Shown here: positions 6,141 through 8,765 of the stretch, piece after piece
Position numbering within the stretch: the first letter of the stretch is position 1
Layout of the letters: the number at the start of each line of letters is the position of its first letter
DNA from: a virus
Taxonomy: Duplodnaviria; Heunggongvirae; Uroviricota; Caudoviricetes
Strand: one strand, 5' to 3'
Virus record (IMG/VR): IMGVR_UViG_2585427739_000005
Length of the DNA: 8,765 nt
The notes under the pieces: model-generated
Seen by the model: only the letters and a program-made list of their open reading frames with translations
What the model was told of the DNA's origin: nothing
The model's database searches: none
Position numbers and translations under genes: made by a program

Positions 6141-7424
6141 GTGAACACATTTTCAGTTTCCCGTCTGGCGCTGGCATTGGCTTTTGGCGTGACGCTGACC
6201 GCCTGTAGCTCAACCCCGCCCGATCAACGTCCTTCTGATCAAACCGCGCCTGGTACCTCTTCTCGCCCGATTCTGTCGGCAAAAGAAGCGCAGAATTTCG
6301 ATGCTCAACACTATTTTGCATCCCTGACACCAGGTGCTGCAGCGTGGAATCCTTCCCCGATTACCCTGCCTGCGCAACCTGACTTTGTTGTCGGCCCGGC
6401 GGGCACTCAAGGTGTAACGCATACCACGATTCAGGCGGCGGTAGATGCGGCAATTATCAAGCGTACCAACAAGCGCCAGTATATTGCCGTGATGCCTGGT
6501 GAGTATCAGGGAACGGTATATGTCCCTGCCGCTCCGGGTGGAATTACTCTGTACGGTACAGGTGAAAAACCGATTGATGTGAAGATTGGGCTTTCCCTTG
6601 ATGGTGGCATGAGCCCTGCCGACTGGCGTCACGACGTCAACCCGCGCGGCAAATATATGCCAGGTAAACCAGCGTGGTATATGTACGATAGCTGCCAGAG
6701 CAAACGCAGCGACAGTATCGGTGTTCTCTGCTCTGCGGTCTTCTGGTCACAAAACAATGGCCTGCAACTGCAAAATCTGACCATCGAAAACACGCTGGGC
6801 GATAGCGTAGATGCAGGTAACCATCCGGCGGTGGCACTGCGTACTGATGGTGACCAGGTACAGATTAACAACGTTAACATTCTCGGTCGTCAGAACACCT
6901 TCTTTGTCACCAACAGCGGTGTGCAGAACCGTCTGGAAACGAATCGTCAGCCGCGTACGCTGGTGACCAACAGCTACATTGAAGGGGATGTGGATATCGT
7001 TTCTGGTCGCGGCGCAGTGGTGTTCGATAACACCGAATTCCGCGTGGTGAACTCACGTACTCAGCAAGAAGCGTATGTGTTTGCACCGGCTACGCTGTCC
7101 AACATTTACTACGGTTTCCTCGCCGTAAACAGCCGTTTCAATGCTTTCGGTGATGGTGTGGCGCAACTGGGCCGCTCGCTGGATGTTGATGCCAATACCA
7201 ACGGTCAGGTGGTGATCCGTGATAGCGCCATCAACGAAGGTTTTAACACGGCTAAACCGTGGGCCGATGCGGTGATCTCTAATCGTCCGTTTGCGGGTAA
7301 TACCGGCAGCGTAGATGATAACGACGAAATACAGCGCAATCTGAATGACACTAACTACAACCGCATGTGGGAATACAATAACCGCGGCGTGGGTAGTAAA
7401 GTGGTTGCAGAGGCGAAGAAGTAA
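6141..7424 (+). CDS. ybhC: Pectinesterase-family lipoprotein (E. coli YbhC-like putative acyl-CoA thioesterase), 427 aa
   Basis: GTG start with GGAG Shine-Dalgarno; signal peptide with lipobox LTAC (MNTFSVSRLALALAFGVTLTACSS); pectinesterase-like motifs HPAVAL and GDVDIVSG. Location beside attL fits recalled E. coli gene order (ybhJ-ybhC-att lambda-ybhB). Confidence 0.88.
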   Translation: MNTFSVSRLALALAFGVTLTACSSTPPDQRPSDQTAPGTSSRPILSAKEAQNFDAQHYFASLTPGAAAWNPSPITLPAQPDFVVGPAGTQGVTHTTIQAAVDAAIIKRTNKRQYIAVMPGEYQGTVYVPAAPGGITLYGTGEKPIDVKIGLSLDGGMSPADWRHDVNPRGKYMPGKPAWYMYDSCQSKRSDSIGVLCSAVFWSQNNGLQLQNLTIENTLGDSVDAGNHPAVALRTDGDQVQINNVNILGRQNTFFVTNSGVQNRLETNRQPRTLVTNSYIEGDVDIVSGRGAVVFDNTEFRVVNSRTQQEAYVFAPATLSNIYYGFLAVNSRFNAFGDGVAQLGRSLDVDANTNGQVVIRDSAINEGFNTAKPWADAVISNRPFAGNTGSVDDNDEIQRNLNDTNYNRMWEYNNRGVGSKVVAEAKK

Positions 7425-7439
7425 GAGCAATTAACTATT

Positions 7440-7645
<206 letters not shown>

Positions 7646-7657
7646 ACATGGCGCTTT

Positions 7658-8067
7658 TTACATCTGACGGTTTTTATTGAAGTTAATCAAACTACCCGCC
7701 TTGATAATCTCGCGCTCTTCAGCAGTCAGACTTTCCATATAGAGCGTAATTTCCGTTACCGGCGCATCTTCATGGATCACATAACCTTTAAACGTCGTAC
7801 CCGGATTATCCAGCGCCGCTTTAATGCCAGGGATGTAAATGTAATCCCCCACTTCAAAGGTTGGCACTTCCGCCATCTGCAGCGGTAACATCCCCCAGTT
7901 GATGACGTTAGAACGGTAGCGTTTAGTCGCGTACTCTTCGGAAATATTCGCCAGACCGCCAATCACACGCTGGCAGCTCGCCGCCTGTTCACGCGCAGAA
8001 CCATCGCCTGGTTTCACCGCATATACCATGCTGCCAATTTCAGTTTGCAGCGGATCAATATGCTCCT
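7658..8067 (-). pseudogene. ybhJ: 3' portion of an aconitase-family hydratase gene (YbhJ-like), truncated by IS2 insertion at 8068
   Basis: Translation contains an aconitase C-terminal-domain-like segment ([44 protein letters not shown]). The frame runs straight into the IS2 end; the track ORF's first ~12 codons are IS2 sequence. The gene's 5' part would lie beyond the IS2, outside the window. Confidence 0.7.
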
Positions 8068-8765
8068 TGGATTTGCCCCTATATTTCCAGACATCTGTTA
8101 TCACTTAACCCATTACAAGCCCGCTGCCGCAGATATTCCCGTGGCGAGCGATAACCCAGCGCACTATGCGGATGCCATTCGTTATAATGCTCGAACGCCT
8201 CTGCAAGGTTCTTTGCTGCCGTTAACCCGTCTGGTTTGGGCATGATACTGATGTAGTCACGCTTTATCGTTTTCACGAAGCTCTCTGCTATTCCGTTACT
8301 CTCCGGACTCCGCACCGCCGTGTTCTTCGGTTCAAGTCCCAACATCCGGGCGAACTGGCGTGTTTCATTAGCCCGGTAGCATGAACCATTATCCGTCAGC
8401 CACTCCACTGGAGACGGCGGAAGATCGTTGCCGAAGCGGCGTTCCACCGCTCCCAGCATGACGTCCTGTACTGTTTCACTGTTGAAGCCGCCGGTAGTGA
8501 CCGCCCAGTGCAGTGCCTCACGATCACAGCAGTCCAGCGCGAACGTGACACGCAGTCTCTCTCCGTTATCACAGCAGAACTCGAACCCGTCAGAGCACCA
8601 TCGCTGATTGCTTTCTTTCACGGCCACTCTGCCTGTATGTGCCCGTTTCGATGGCGGTACAGCAGGTTTTCGCTCAAGCAACAGCGCATTCTGGCGCATG
8701 ATCCGGTAAACACGTTTGGCATTGATCGCAGGCATACCATCAAGTTCTGCCTGTCTGCGAAGCAG
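8068..8765 (-). mobile_element. IS2 insertion sequence (IS3 family), right end through most of insD; truncated by the window end
   Basis: Seen: terminal inverted repeat TGGATTTGCCCCTATATTTCCAGACATCTGTTATCACTTAACCC starts at 8068 (recalled IS2 right end); the InsD ORF follows on the minus strand. Confidence 0.9.
8079..8765 (-). CDS. insD: IS2 transposase OrfB/InsD (DDE integrase core), 5' end beyond the window
   Basis: Translation (...[53 protein letters not shown]...[10 protein letters not shown]) matches recalled IS2 InsD; the frame is open to the window edge. Confidence 0.9.
   Translation of the reverse strand: MLRRQAELDGMPAINAKRVYRIMRQNALLLERKPAVPPSKRAHTGRVAVKESNQRWCSDGFEFCCDNGERLRVTFALDCCDREALHWAVTTGGFNSETVQDVMLGAVERRFGNDLPPSPVEWLTDNGSCYRANETRQFARMLGLEPKNTAVRSPESNGIAESFVKTIKRDYISIMPKPDGLTAAKNLAEAFEHYNEWHPHSALGYRSPREYLRQRACNGLSDNRCLEI

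Noticed and set aside
6109-7430. Minus-strand ORFs 6109..6330, 6210..6632, 6629..6880, 6637..6837 and 7053..7430
   Set aside because: Antisense to ybhC, which has a signal peptide, lipobox and family motifs; Arg-rich antisense composition.
7658-8104. Track ORF 7658..8104 (148 aa) as an intact gene
   Set aside because: Its first ~12 codons are IS2 terminal-repeat sequence; the ORF is a chimera of the IS2 end and the truncated ybhJ-like 3' fragment.
7777-8245. ORFs 7777..7962 (-) and 8045..8245 (+)
   Set aside because: Alternative-frame or antisense ORFs within the ybhJ-like fragment and across the IS2 end and insD.

Overview
This window is the left arm of an integrated lambda-like prophage at the classical lambda attachment site, plus the flanking E. 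coli-type chromosome. All prophage genes are on the + strand: bet (3' part), exo, three small lambda-type ORFs (orf60a, orf63, a 71-aa ORF), a roughly 2.7 kb accessory module that does not look like reference lambda, then an orf55-like ORF, xis, int and attL (core 6080-6094). The accessory module holds a TraR/DksA zinc-finger gene, an Ead/Ea22-like gene, a TGT/DpdA-like gene broken by an in-frame amber codon, a 191-aa Cys-motif protein, and a promoter-ORF-terminator unit. Host DNA follows: ybhC (pectinesterase-family lipoprotein), a REP/BIME cluster with a 92-bp tandem duplication, and the 3' end of an aconitase-family gene (ybhJ-like) cut by an IS2 copy that runs off the window end. Identifications come from reading the translations and motifs and from recalled lambda sequences and restriction maps; no database search was run. 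The most interesting candidate is the TGT/DpdA-like gene with its amber codon and its uncharacterised neighbours, but the functional assignment is tentative.
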